Positions 27,764 to 41,281 are shown, numbered from the stretch's first letter. The stretch is 64,000 nucleotides of DNA from Magallana gigas (GCF_963853765.1 NC_088855.1:19530001-19594000), one strand, 5' to 3'. Program-made: numbers and translations. The notes: generated from the sequence alone by a model not told the origin.

Positions 27764-28389
27764 GTTTCTTTTTTCTTCTGAAAAATAACAATGGAAATAG
27801 ATTTAATGTACCACTATTGTGGAATTAAACAACCTTGTTAATATAATCATACTATTACTCAAAACTTGTATATCTAAACAATTGATTGATATACACCAGT
27901 CCCTGGGCTTTAAAATAATTAATAGACTTACATGTATATTCATTTCATATATAAATTGAAAAAAAGGTCAAAAGATCAAAATTTTAATTGTGTAAATGAC
28001 TAGTTTGTTCATTTATTGTAAAATACAATAGTACAAATAAGAGTTTTTTGACATATTTTAATTGGTTGCACTTGAGCAATTATTTCTTGTGAAATAAAGC
28101 TACATCTGAGGGGTGTCAACAAAGCAGGTGCTTGCAAGTGCTTGCCAAAATTTGTAATGTAGGTATACCACACATTTCATATCTATAAGGATGAGTAAAA
28201 TATTTATCTTTTCAAAGCTTTTTCTCTTAGCAGCTCAGACTTAATCTCTTAATTTAACCTATATATACCTATATGAAGGCATTCCACAACTTTTCAATCA
28301 ATTCTGACATTCAAATGTGATAGTGTGTATAAGAAGTACATAATAGGCTCAGTACCGCCAAGGCGATATTCCTATTAGCAATAACTAGT

Positions 28390-28452
28390 GCCACTTGCTC
28401 AATCGGTTGAGCATTGGTTTTTTAATTGAAGAGTCTTGGATTCGACCTTAGC
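28390..28452 (+). pseudogene. Degenerate tRNA-Lys(UUU)-like sequence (tRNA pseudogene or SINE head)
   Basis: GCTCAATCGGTTGAGCAT resembles a D-arm/A-box, TTTTTAA an anticodon loop and GGATTCGA a T-loop/B-box. The anticodon and acceptor stems do not pair. Confidence 0.35.
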
Positions 28453-29830
28453 TTTTACTTGTGGTCAGTACTTAGATAGAATGTTCTATCATTAAAATGA
28501 CAGATGTCCTACGGACCCAGTTTAACGATAGAATTTGTCCCATATACTCGCTTCGTAGCAAATAAAAAATTATATCACGCTGTATCTCGCCTAAATTTTC
28601 ATATGATTGGTCTCAAATACCTACAATGTTGCTCTTTTATAATCCCATATTACCACATTAACTGTTTTTGCAACGAAATCGCTGCCACTTTTAAATCACA
28701 TTTGAAAATTCACTGTTTATGGTCGCCATGTTAATGATAAATTCCAAGATATTCCGAGTGCAATTTCCAACAAAATGGCAGGCAAATTCAAACACATTTT
28801 TTAACAAAATGCCTTGGTACGACTCATTAAATGGATTTTTGTGGACTATACTACATAAGCATTTTCAAAAAGGTTTGTAACGTATAAAAATGTGTTTTTC
28901 CTCTGCAGATATTTTTAACAAACTAAAAATCGACGCGATCGAAGCTGATCCGCTTCACGGCTGCTACATTGCAAGTATGTGGGACAAATTCTTACTGTGA
29001 CCTGAGCGTAGCCTGGTTACAGTAAAATTATAATCTTTCTTTCTTTAATATTCTTTCTAGTCAGTACTCGATACTCCTACTTTTTTACACATATCAAAAA
29101 ACTGACATTTAGATAAATGAATAAACTTTACCATAATATTTCTGCAAAAAATGACAATATGTTGAAAATACAACCTATTGATGACTTTAAAGAAAAGAAT
29201 TAAAAGTTTGATAGCTATATAGGCCTATTCATAATTCATCATGAATGCTGATACAAAGATTACTATAATTACACTTGACATAATCTCTGATGGAATAGTA
29301 CACATTAGCCTATTACTAGAGGACCCTAATTATCACAGAAAGAGAGTTCCTAAATTGACACCGGTGTATAGATTTATTAACAACTTTTCTTTCAGTATGA
29401 CATTTCATTACCTGACGAATTTAACCGGAAGTGAAATACAACCTTGACCTGAGATCTCAAAATAGAGGAATAAGTATGGTATGGAATAATCATTTAAAAC
29501 GGGAATTCGTTCGAAAACTTTTTAGGTTTTAATTATTGCAATTTGATACTCATTCATCGTGAAAATTAAAAAAATATTCATTTGTATCGAATTTTGTTTT
29601 TAAGCGACACTTTACATATTTACAACATATAGAATCGCAATATAGAATTATCCGTTTTTATCCGAATATTTCATTTCACATGCTGTAATATTTGTAAAAT
29701 ATATAGAAATAAAAGTATTTTAAATATTGTTTTCAACAATAATTTATCAATATTTTCTCATGTAGATGTATTCATGATCAAAACAATGTAGAACAAAACA
29801 CGGACAAAATTCCAAATACGAACTGATACC

Positions 29831-29876
29831 TGATTGGTTAATTTGGAAAGGACGTCTCATAGGCGGTAGATTGAAT
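29831..29876 (+). promoter_or_regulatory. TPX2 proximal promoter with inverted CCAAT and CDE/CHR-like element
   Basis: tgattggtt (29831-29839) followed by GGCGG-taga-TTGAAT (29862-29876), about 40 nt before the TPX2 ATG. Confidence 0.5.
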
Positions 29877-29914
29877 TTTTGTGTAAGGGGCTAATGCAGT
29901 AAAAATAAATAAAT

Positions 29915-32900
29915 ATGTCTATGGACATTTTGGGTGATGATGTTTGGGAGTACAATGCTCCACAATACGTTGACTTTGCAGCTGGTGAAGATGACCCAAA
30001 CGCAGATGCATGGTTTGGTAAGTATTATCGGTTAATTAAAATAACCAAATCAATGTTATTTTTGATTTTATTTTCCCCATTATTTAAAATTTTATCTTTC
30101 TCATGAAGCCTAAGATTAATTAGGATAATTACCAAAACCACCAGATCATAGTAACCCTACATGTTATTTCTATTCATATACATCAGATCGACAAAATGAG
30201 GTAGGGAACACAATTCCCTTAATCAATGATGTAACTTGTGCATCCACTCCTGAGGCTCGTCGCTTGACAAGGTCTATGTGTGCAACTCCTAAGAATGACA
30301 AAAATTTACCAGAAGCAACAGGTAGTTATAAATATGGTAATGGGGTGTGACTAATCCTCCAATCCCAGTACCATTTCTTGCCAGGGCATTAACATCAGGT
30401 TTTGTATATAATTATATGAGTTAATAGAATGATGTAACAATGCACTGGCAAGAAATGGTTCTGGACGAGAATTAGTCGTTGCCAGTAGTGAATTAGTCCA
30501 ACAGTTTGTTTTGTAATTGATAGACATATTCATGATATTGGGTCAGGAATTTGGAGAATAAGCTTAAAATGTTATGAAAAGATGTCTGTTCTCTATTGAA
30601 ATCTTTGATTGGAACTATTGTGTGTAGTGTTAGAACAGTTTTTGCGCAAGGGTTTGTACATCATCTCAAGCAATGGTCCAGAGGCCACATAGCTCTTTCC
30701 TTCCATGACTGCTAGAATACATAAGCTAGGACTGTATATTCCTAATTATAAATAAACAAACTAATATCTGTAAAATCTCCAGAAGCACAACTCACAGATT
30801 TTAAAATCTCCCTTTATTTTTCCACAGATGTAAACTATTTGGAATTATGATAAAAATTTGGCATTTTAAATTCTAGCGATTTGATGCAAAACCGATGAAT
30901 CACAAAATTAAGTACTCACGTAAAAAAAAAATAATGAATCTACAGTATTGTTAACTTGAATATCCACATTCCACATGTCGTCTGTTACATTATATTTAAA
31001 TGCAGTGGATGATAAAAGGTCACTTCAAAGGTCAATCTCCATCAATGCTCTACATGCATTGGTCAATATTTCAATAAACTACAAGATATTTCTGTCTCAT
31101 GCAACCATGGCCAGATAGGAGAGGAACTATGGGGTTTCTATGTTTTAAGAACTCATACAAGTCGGGATGTACATTAATTAAAAGTGTGTTTTAAATATAC
31201 TTTTTAAAAAATGATTTATTTTAATGTAAAATTAAAGAGAGGATTAGATAATTCTTTTAAAATTGATTACAGAGAAGAAAAGCACACCTGCACAGCCTAA
31301 GAAAATAAATAAGCCAGCTGGAAGCATATCATCAAATGCTGGAGGTGATGGATCAAAAGTTCCAGATACTAACTCCAAGTATGATTTCATAAAAAAAAAT
31401 TCCTCACATACGTGTGTCAAATTAGAAAATAAGTATAAACACATTTTGTAGTTACATGTAATGTTCAATGATTTGAGAGAAAGAAAAGAAAAGTTTAAAA
31501 AATCCAAAGTTTTATCAAGTTCTTGATTAGGAATGTATGGGTGTTGAGTATTAACTATTATTTTATTTCATGTTCCTCAAGAAAATTTGCTGTGCCTATG
31601 AAAGCAATTCACCCTAAGACAAAATCAGAAAGTACTCCAGAGACCAGGGGGAGGTCAAGGTCATTAAAGCGGACCAATTCCATGAGAAATGTGAGCACAA
31701 ATTTGCCCAACCCCCAGCTTCAGAAAAGACGGTCTGCAGATCCTGCTAAGTCTGCCGCTGTATCAACTGTTAACAAGCCACCAGAAAAGACAATCTCTAA
31801 CCCTAGCATTGCGAAAGCCAAGTCTCAGGTCAGGAGGAGCGCTGGGGTTATGGCCAGTACCACCAAGGGATCCCATGCTCGCACCTTGTCCACTGATAGT
31901 GCCTCACACTCCAGAACTAGATCTACCTCTACCTCCAGTGTATCCAGTAACAACGCCCAGAACACCTCACAAAACGAGGCTTCAGCAACCTCGTCAAAGA
32001 TGCCTAAGCTTACTATTCCCACCACTCCAACATTTATGAGGTACTTATAAATAGGCTTAGTGATGCATTTGACCTTATATTCAAATCCTATTATTTTGGT
32101 TGAAAAGATATGAGGTAGTCTTGCAAACTTGCTTTGATATTAGTTTTGTGTCAATAATCATAGGAGGAAACCAATTGGAAAGGTTGAGAAAGTGAAGAGC
32201 AGTGAAGAACAGCAGCTGGAGCAAATAGCAAACATTAAAGCAGAATTCAACAAACGAAAGAAGATGGCCCAGAAGTCCTACCAAACAGCCATGAAATCCT
32301 CAGGTTATGTACCAGTGCACTCAAAGACCGAGCCCACAAAACCAGAGGACTTCCACTTTGAGACGGACACTCGTCTGAAATCTCAGAGTACCCACAACAC
32401 TAGTGCTGATAAAAAGGCAGACTTTGTCAGGATTCTTCGATCAAACTCTAGGGGGCGATCACCAGTATGTATTATTCCAATGTGGCTAAAGAAATTAAAC
32501 TAGAAGTGAAAAATCTGTGAGAATAAAACAGGCATTAGGGTTTTCTGATCTGCAATACAAAATGAAATATTGTACATTATCCCCCTATATTTGATGAGGT
32601 TGTCCGTAACTTTGGTAATATGGAACAAAATCATAATCATGAATATTTGCACTGAGTAAGGTTAAATTGTTTATTAAAGGGTCCTGCTGAAAGAGTACCC
32701 ACCAAACCCCAACCATTTAAGCTTTCTGAAGGAAGAAAACGAAAAGCTGAGACAGACTCGGAGACCTACAAGAGCGTGGCTGAGCAGTTAGTGGCCTTCC
32801 ATAAACAAACACCCGACAGATTTCATACTCAATCTAAAAGTGAGTAACACTCATCCATAAAGTAAGCAAAGAGCAAAAGTCTTTTTTTTAAAAAAATGTA

Positions 32901-35900
32901 TTTTTAAGAATTTTTTCATTGCCAACATTTTGACCGTCAACAAATGGTTAACTCAAACTTAAACTTAGTGTTTGAAAGATGCATAATAGAGACTGTAAGG
33001 TTATGATGCTTGTTTCAATAGAAGGACCTGAAAGGGCTAAGCGAATACAATCTCACTCCCCTGTGTCAGGACTTACTGTGCCAAAAACCCCGAATTTCGA
33101 GTCTACCACCCGTTCACGGCCTGTTTTAGTTCCAAGTCAAAAAGACCTTGAAGAAAAGGAAATTGAGGAAATGAAAAAGTATGTCTAGAAATAAATGAAA
33201 AATTGTATTGTTGCATTCATAACTACCTTGTATGTAATTCAATTGTAAACTGCCGTGATAATTGTATGTTGACAAGATCATACTGGACTTCTTATAATGT
33301 TTCTGTGTCTATTTCAGAAATCAATTCAAAGCACACCCTGTGAACAAAAGAATCTTGACCAATCCCAACACTGGCGTGAAGAAGGTTGCTCCTAAGCCTG
33401 TCACCAAGTTTGAGGAGTTTGATTTGGAGTGTGGCAAGAGACCTCAGAATAAGAGTTTAAAATCTGACACTGAGGAAAAGTTTGAATTCCACGCTCAGCC
33501 TGCACCAAAGAAAATATTGGAAGGCCCAGTGGTAAGATAACTACAAAAAAAAGTTTTTTTCTCTCTCCTAACTTTTTCTCACTCTTAGTGCATCATCATC
33601 ATCACTTTTAGTGCATCATCATCAATCTTACTGCATCATCATTGACATGAAATCAATGCATCATCATGATATGCTGTCAGTGTTAAAAACATCTTTTTCG
33701 TGTACGAAATAGTCAGAAATCCATGTGTGAAAATTTTAATTGTTTTTTTAAAAAAGCTGATTCTATTACATATCATGCATATATTGTATACTTTTCTCTA
33801 TCAGGGGGTCAAGCCTGCCAAGTCACTTCCTCTGACCCAGCCTCAATCTCCAGCATTTGCTCTGCGACAGCGTGTACGACTCCCCATGCCCAAAGAAGAA
33901 GAGGAGGAGGTTTGTGTATCCAATGTCATATTGATCATAGAAATTTCACCTTAAATTGGATAAAATAAAGTATTTTAAACATTGACTCTTATATTGGTTT
34001 AGGTGTGCTTATGTAAAGTTTTCCTTACCATAGGAGATTGACAAAATAATATCTGTACATATTTTTATTATAGTTCATTTAAGAAAGAAATGTGTGGAGG
34101 ATTTGATATGGTATTGAGCAAGCTCATTCAATGCATGACACATTTCAGATAGAGAAAAGTTTATCAAAGAAACGAGTGGCACACCATGGTGTTCCTTTTC
34201 AACCCAATCTGAGCCACAAGAGCACTGTCCCTCAACCTTTCACGTTTGAGGACAGAGACAAATCTCGAATGGCTCAGAAAAAGGCAGTCATTGATCATTA
34301 TCTTGAAGAGGAAAACAAGGTTAGCTTGATGTTGTAAAAATGCATGGGACCAAAAGGAGTGACAGACTGAATTTGAAGAAAAGAATTTACAACTGATTTC
34401 TATCATAGATAATTCATATGGTTGTCTTCAGTTGTGGAATTTTTTTATTTCAAATTTGAATGTTTGTCACTGGATTTGGTCCCATTTGTATACTGTTTTT
34501 CTTACACAGTTTTTTTTTATGAATGTGCCCCCTAGGTCTCTAAGGTGATAAAGGGTCATGCTGTCCCCCATTCTGGCGTACCTTTCCAGCCGACTCTCAA
34601 TCATAAATGTACGGTCCCTACTCCATTTTCATTCGAGGAGAGAGACAAACTTACCATGGTTAGAAAGCAAGAAAAAATTGAGGAAATTTTTGAGGAAGAG
34701 AAGAAGGTAGTACATGTGTGAAGCATGTGGCTATTTCACCCTCATTTTTGACAATGTTCTTTTATCTTGATTTATATTTGAATAAGTTTCTTGGTTTCTT
34801 TGCAAGCCTCTGTTTTTTAAGACACATTCTGTAAAACTGCTACTAGTGTGTGTGTTTATGCTTTTTTCTGTCTTTCTTTCATTTTGTTCTAATATAGTTT
34901 ATTTTTCTATCTTCATTTTTCCTATTAAGCTTTTATAATCAATAAAACATGTACTAACATTTCTCTCATTTTTTTTACGCACATTCAAATATATAGTCTA
35001 AACATGCAATAGACTTAATAATTAGAGCTTGAATAAAAAATTCACCCCTGTTTTAGATGCGGGAGTTCCATGCCCAGCCTCTACCGATGGGAGAGGACGC
35101 TCTTCCTCCCAAGAAAACTAAACCTGTCACCATACCTGAGCCCTTCCAGCTGGAACTCGATGAGAGGGGAGTCAAAAGACTGCAGGAATTTAGTCAAAAG
35201 GTTTTTAATGAAACTTTTAATAAAATCTGTTAAGCAAGAATTTGAAACTGGTTGGGAACATTTCAAATGTACATGTGCATGTAATCTTATAAATGGTCAA
35301 AACTAGCAAAAATTCAATACTGATTACGGTACATGATATTCTCAGTCACATTGAACATGCAAAATGTCAAATACCTTAAAACTAACTGTTGTTTAAAGGT
35401 TTCTTTTTTAAATTCTGATTTCCCAAGATCTCATATCTACTCACTTATTTGCTTTTCCTCTCCATGGCAGTCTATGCCCAGAGTAATTGTAGATTATATT
35501 TATTGATCATTACTTTGCCCCTCTGTCCCTTTATGGAATTTGCTAATGGCACTATATGTGTATGTATATAAATAGCCCAGCGCTGGATCTGCCTTTGAGT
35601 GTTCTTGTCATAGAGAATTAGGATATCTTGATTTGATCTCTATAATGACTGGTGATTGTTTCATGCAGTATATCCTATTGTATCAATTACAGATGTTTTC
35701 ATAGGCAATAATCTTTTTTCTGTTAAGGTTGAAGAAGAAAACACACATTTGAAAGAACAAGCCAAATTTCGAGCCAACCCAGCCAAAGTGCTGCATCAGG
35801 AACCATTCTGTCCTGCCAAATCATCAAAGCCTCTCACAGGTACAGTAAATACCGAAACTATAGCCTTTTTTAAGAGAAATTTTCTTGTTGTTCTGCTTGT

Positions 35901-36484
35901 ACATTGACAAGTAATAGAAAGCCCCAAAAATGAACATTACATACACATGGTTTATGAAATGCTATTATTTGATGGAAGAGCTTGTTTTCAACTTGAGAGG
36001 TTTTTCACTGGGTTTAAAAAAACCCAAAAAACTTACTCATGTACATGCATACATGTATAAACTGGTGTCTCACATTATTGCAGTTCGTGAACGTTTTTGA
36101 ATATGTGAAACTTATGTTGTGAGCCTTTTTTCAGAAGGCTGTAACATTCATGTTATGCTTATTTGTTCGTTTTTCATTCTTACAGACATAAGTGGATTTG
36201 AGTTGAACACTGAGCAAAGATCGCACAAAAGAGAGAATTTTGAAATGCACAAAAAGGCCAGAGAAGCCGAAATAGAAGCAGCCAAGCGACAGAGAGAAAG
36301 ACAAAAAGAGGAGGAGGAAAAAGCCTATGTTGCTAAGGTGAGGGCAGAAGCTGTGCACAAATCCCAGCCAATCAAACGTTTTAAATCCGTGGAAGTCCTG
36401 CCCAGTGACAGACCATTGACATTTGCAGAGTCGCCAAAGTTCGAAACAGACCGCAGACTGAGAAGCAAAGTTAATTGCTTCTAA
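29915..36484 (+). CDS. TPX2: Targeting protein for Xklp2 (spindle assembly factor)
   Basis: Exons 29915-30017, 30187-30321, 31273-31378, 31582-32040, 32164-32464, 32680-32839, 33022-33178, 33318-33531, 33805-33909, [34149-34319 and/or 34536-34706], 35057-35200, 35728-35839, 36186-36484, with consistent phases. Aurora-A-binding N-terminus WEYNAPQYVDF...DAWF, LTIPTTP, PFKL, TPDRF, LTVPKTP, FKAHP, FELNTEQR and the C-terminal VHKSQP...PLTFAESPKF TPX2 domain. Confidence 0.95.
34149..34319 (+). CDS. TPX2: TPX2 duplicated exon, copy a
   Basis: tttcag/ATA...AAG/gttagc, 171 nt, phase 0-0. Encodes ...HHGVPFQPNLSHKSTVPQPFTFEDRDK... Confidence 0.85.
34536..34706 (+). CDS. TPX2: TPX2 duplicated exon, copy b
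   Basis: cctag/GTC...AAG/gtagta, 171 nt, phase 0-0. Encodes ...PHSGVPFQPTLNHKCTVPTPFSFEERDK... Confidence 0.88.
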
Positions 36485-38587
36485 ATTGTTTTTCTCTTTT
36501 ATACTGGTGAAAATATGTACATTTACAATGAATGTGTAAAAAACGATGCTGAAAATTTTAGCTGTAAATTCACTTCCATGTTTTTAAGTGCACAAATTGT
36601 GCTTTTAATATTCCATTCATTTTAAAGGGAAAAAAATGGTTATTGTTTTGTTGTTGATGAGGCTAGAGACTTGTGATGTACAGTATCATACATGTACCTT
36701 GTACTGATGAAATCTAAATCTTCTATCTCGCTCTTAATTTTATCTTACTGTCATTTCTCTATCTAATGTTCACATGTATTTCGTTTTTTCATTGGTTTTT
36801 ACTCATTAACAATGCCATACATATTCTTCATATTAGATTAAATTCAATATACATGTACTAGTAGATTATTGAGTGTACTAACTTATATGTTTAGGATTTC
36901 AGGCAATATTAAAGTTACTTTTCAAATGCATATCTGCATGGGATTTTTTTTCAACACCACAAAGAAACTTTTTCTTTTGTGTTGACAATACATGTTTATT
37001 AATTGCTCTTTATGTTCGATTTAATTTAATTTTGACTTCATAGATATGTATGCATTTTTTTCAGACAGAAGCAAACAATTATAATTAGTTGTGTATAAAT
37101 GTAGAAATTGATTAAATTACTTCTTTTTACCTTTTAATCAATGTTGAGTGCTTGCATATGCATGTGCCCTAGATGATGTGCAACTGGCTTTTAACACAAG
37201 GATTACAAATAATTCAATTAGGGGCTTGATTAAAAGAGAGCAGATTAGAAAGAGGAACTTGTGGTGTCTGATTTTATTCCTGTACATTTATATATATCTT
37301 TTTTTTCTTTTATGCAAACATGTAGTTTTCACTGGTGTATTGTCATTTCGATATCTTATGCAAATGTAAGACGATTTATATGAATAAACGAGTGGATTAA
37401 ATTGAAAACAAATTAGTGTGTTTTTCAAAATACAGTAACACTTGAATGTAAAGACAACCTTAGATCTGGAGTTGTTAGAGCTAAGTGACACCAGTTGACC
37501 AGCAATAGGGAAAAAAAAAACCTTCTTCTCCAGTGCTGCCAGATTTGGGTAGGAATCAGTTATTATAGCAGAATTGAAAATTTAGAGATAATTCCTAGTG
37601 ATCTATGAAGGTTTACCCTTGGTTTGACAGTCATTTTTAATTGGTTAAATCAAGGGAACTATGAAGCAGACCAAGATTACCTGCATTGAAGAGCTGGTAC
37701 ATGTATATTGTTGGTCACAGCTTCCAGTTCATCAAAATTTTTGTAATGGTTGGACATGTAATATTACCTTAAATCTGCTGTTAAAACGTTTGCAAAAGTG
37801 AATCGGATCTTAAAAGCTTCAAAATCAGTACGTGAATTATATCAATTTTTTTTCATAATCATGATTCAGCTTTGTCAGTGGCTTTATAAACACATCTATT
37901 TTTCTTAAGAAATAAGAGGAAAAAGAAACAAAGTAAAAGTTTTTTAATGATTTAAAGCATGAATATATTATATAGATTTGGGGTTGTCATCGTAAAGACT
38001 TTCTATCAGATGCAATAACTTGACTTGTTTTATGTGATATAATTGTTGATATTAAATTCACGACACGTATTTTAGCCAAAACATTTTAAAAGAAAAGAAT
38101 TGTTTGCATTCGTTTTTGACGCTTGTGTCGATTTGAGTTTGTTTTTTTTGGGGTACTCATATTATATGTATAACTGGAAAGAGATTCGGAGAGGGAAAAA
38201 AAATGTATATCTTTAACGCGGGTAATGTATGATAATCCTCTGACGTCTACGGTTGTGAAGTTTTGGTGGGAATCAATCTCAGAAGCGCAGTTGTTTCGCA
38301 CGACTGTGCGTTGATTTTGATTTCTAGATAAATACCAATGTTTCTGTTCCTCATGTAAAAAAATGTCTCAGAAAAACTTCCGAAATCCTGTTTTCTACTT
38401 TTTAACAGTTCAATTATTCATGCGCTCATCAAGAAGGGATTGTCGGACCCCCCCCCCCCCCCCCCCCGAAAAATTAACTTTTGTTAAATCTCAAAGTAAT
38501 ATCTACCAAAGAATAGGCACCCTCGGCAAACAAATAATTCCGCCCCATGTTTTACATGAGGGGAGGGATAAGTTTGAAGATATGTTT

Positions 38588-38612
38588 TGACGTCATTGGA
38601 TTTGTGACGTAA
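38588..38612 (+). promoter_or_regulatory. CRE (TGACGTCA) / inverted CCAAT / CRE-like (TGACGTAA) cluster upstream of orphan gene copy A
   Basis: tgacgtcattggatttgtgacgtaa. The same cluster is at 44700-44724, upstream of copy B. Confidence 0.5.
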
Positions 38613-38704
38613 CAATCTAGTTTCACATAACAACCAAAGAAGAGGAAGACAGTGCATGTTTGTAAGTAATGAGATCTTTCTATTACAAACAAGATGTAGA
38701 AACA

Positions 38705-40976
38705 ATGGACGACGAGCACCAATCGGATTATTTGATACAAAGGTTGGAAGAAATGTTCGCAAAACTGGAAAAGAGATCACAGAAGACAGATGCGTGGGAG
38801 GGTGAAGACGAGGAAGGGGAAGAAGATAGAGGACAGAAGAAAAAACGGCGCCAACCAAAGAGGCCGGCGATAGAAAAGTCCCCACCTAACATAAGCGAAA
38901 CTGCCAAAGCCGGAGGACTTGGAGATAGTGAGAAAGACGTAGAAATGTTTCATATAAAAGAGAAAAATAGGTTTTCCTTCAGGAATACCTGTAAAACAAG
39001 AACCATGGCCAAAGATCGGAAATTAAAGTCGGAGGATGAGATGAAAAAAATCATGAACACGGCCCTCCAAAGACAGGATAAAATCAAAAGGAGGCGAAAA
39101 CGGGGGACTAAAAATGCAAAAAGGTTGGAGAAAATAAAAGAAAACATACTGTAAATATTTAGTATTTAAAAACCCTATGACTGGACATTAGATACATTGA
39201 TATTCTACTCCAGATAACGATGGAAATACTAATCCAGTGGGGGGGGGGGGGGGGGGGGGGTTAGCATACCCAAAATTTAATGTTCATATCCTTATTTTCA
39301 ATTTAATTTTTTACATGGTTCGTAATTTAAATATGCGGATAAAGGCCAGGTCCATCATAGTTCGCTTTTTTATATGCAAATTTAACACAAATCTTTCCTA
39401 CGCCAAAAAGTGGAGGGGGAGCGGCAGCCCCCCCCCCCCACCTCTCGATGCCAGTGCCTATCAGTTAAATGAAGGAGTATAATGATATTGCAATTGTCAG
39501 AATTGTTTATTTTGGGGTATTAATAAATCACATATTTGTGACAAAAATGAATCCATCTTAGTCTATATTTTACTTACAGATCCGTAAGTGAAAAGGATGC
39601 TGAATTAGACGAAGCAAGCGCCAATCAAAGACTGGACATATTAAACGTACGCTATTTACTTGTGAATTTAATTTTGAAATTTTCTCAAGTTAATTTTCAT
39701 TCTTTCTTTGTAAACTCATTGAATTGTTATGAGTTAAAATCTTGCCTGTAACATTATGGAATTTGTTGCCAGGTTCCCCGCATTACAGAACAATCAATGG
39801 AACATATGAACGAAAGAAATAGAGCAATGACTGCAGTCCATACCCAATTATTGGTAAGGAGGCTGTAAATTATATTTAACGTTTATGCTTTATGCATGAT
39901 TAAGTAAACGACTTTTTAATTTTAATTGTAACAATTATGGGAATTCTATATGAATAACATTATTCATCAAATACGATTCAAATTATTTTTTGAATTCGAA
40001 ATTTTTACATGACATGCTATAGATTTGATTTGCATGTTGGACGTTTAATGGTGCGATTTTTTTTAGAGCACATTCAACGCAGAGGCATTTGGAATTAAGA
40101 TAGCGCATGCCGATAAAGTGAAACAAAAAAAAGAACAAATGGAGGCTGTTCACGCGGAATTGAAGGTAAGTCTCTACTATTCTAAGTTTTCTCCTCCGTG
40201 CCCCCTAAAATCGTCATTTAACAAATTTTGAAAATTATAACATCTACATTGAAAGATAATTTCACGCCCTTAAGAATTCGTCTTATTATTTCCAGGCCAA
40301 GCATTTGTCAAAAAAAAGGGTTAACTTAGATGGAGTGAGGGTAAACCATACAAAATAATAATAATCATACATCCATATGAATGTAGATTCTGATTTAAAT
40401 GCAGCGTTCTTTTTCTTAAAAGTTAAAAACCGTCATTGATTAGAAAGGTACATTAGAAAAAAATTCCTCTTTTTAGAAATACGTCAGTGAAATCGTCGAG
40501 AAGACCCGGCAAAAGTTGCTGAAGGAGGAAACAACATTTCAGGTAATCCATGCATATACATGTAGCTATGATTAAAAAAAAAATACCATGAAATCGCTAA
40601 ACATAATTTTATTTTGAGTTAATATGGAGGTCCTATCATATTTATTGTTGACAGTTTCTGCAAGTTCAGAAATCTATTAGGATGAAGCACGAGGAAAACG
40701 TCAAACGCATCCTGGATATCAGAAAGGCTAAAGAAGCCGTTCACGAGGAGCTGCTGGTATGGCCTCGTCAGTCGTCACTGATATATTTCATCTTCTATAT
40801 ATACTAGTATATTACTCTGTCCCTCTTGTTTCTTTTCTGGCTGAAGTGGGGAGGGGGAAGGGTTGTCGATGTCCATTGATGTTATAATGTGTGTGATTTT
40901 TTGTACACTTAACCTAATATTCTTAAACTTCTTCTTAAACTTCTTCGTAAAAAATGACACTATTTATGTACACCCC

Positions 40977-41007
<31 letters not shown>

Positions 41008-41212
41008 ACATACACAGAAAAAACTAATTCAGAGTTAATTTGATTTTTTTTCAGACGTTATTTACCTCGGGAGTGAGAAAACCATTCATTGTCTACTGCG
41101 AAAAAGCAAAAGCCAAGAGAGAACAGATGATAAATGTGCATAAAGAACTGAAGGTACATATAAATACTTATAAAAAATATGGAGAAAATAATGACCATAT
41201 TAAAGGTATTGT

Positions 41213-41281
<69 letters not shown>

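Noticed and set aside
38484-39147. Minus-strand ORFs of 133 aa and 65 aa (and paralogs at 47454-47976)
   Set aside because: They are antisense shadows of the purine-rich first exon of the orphan gene.
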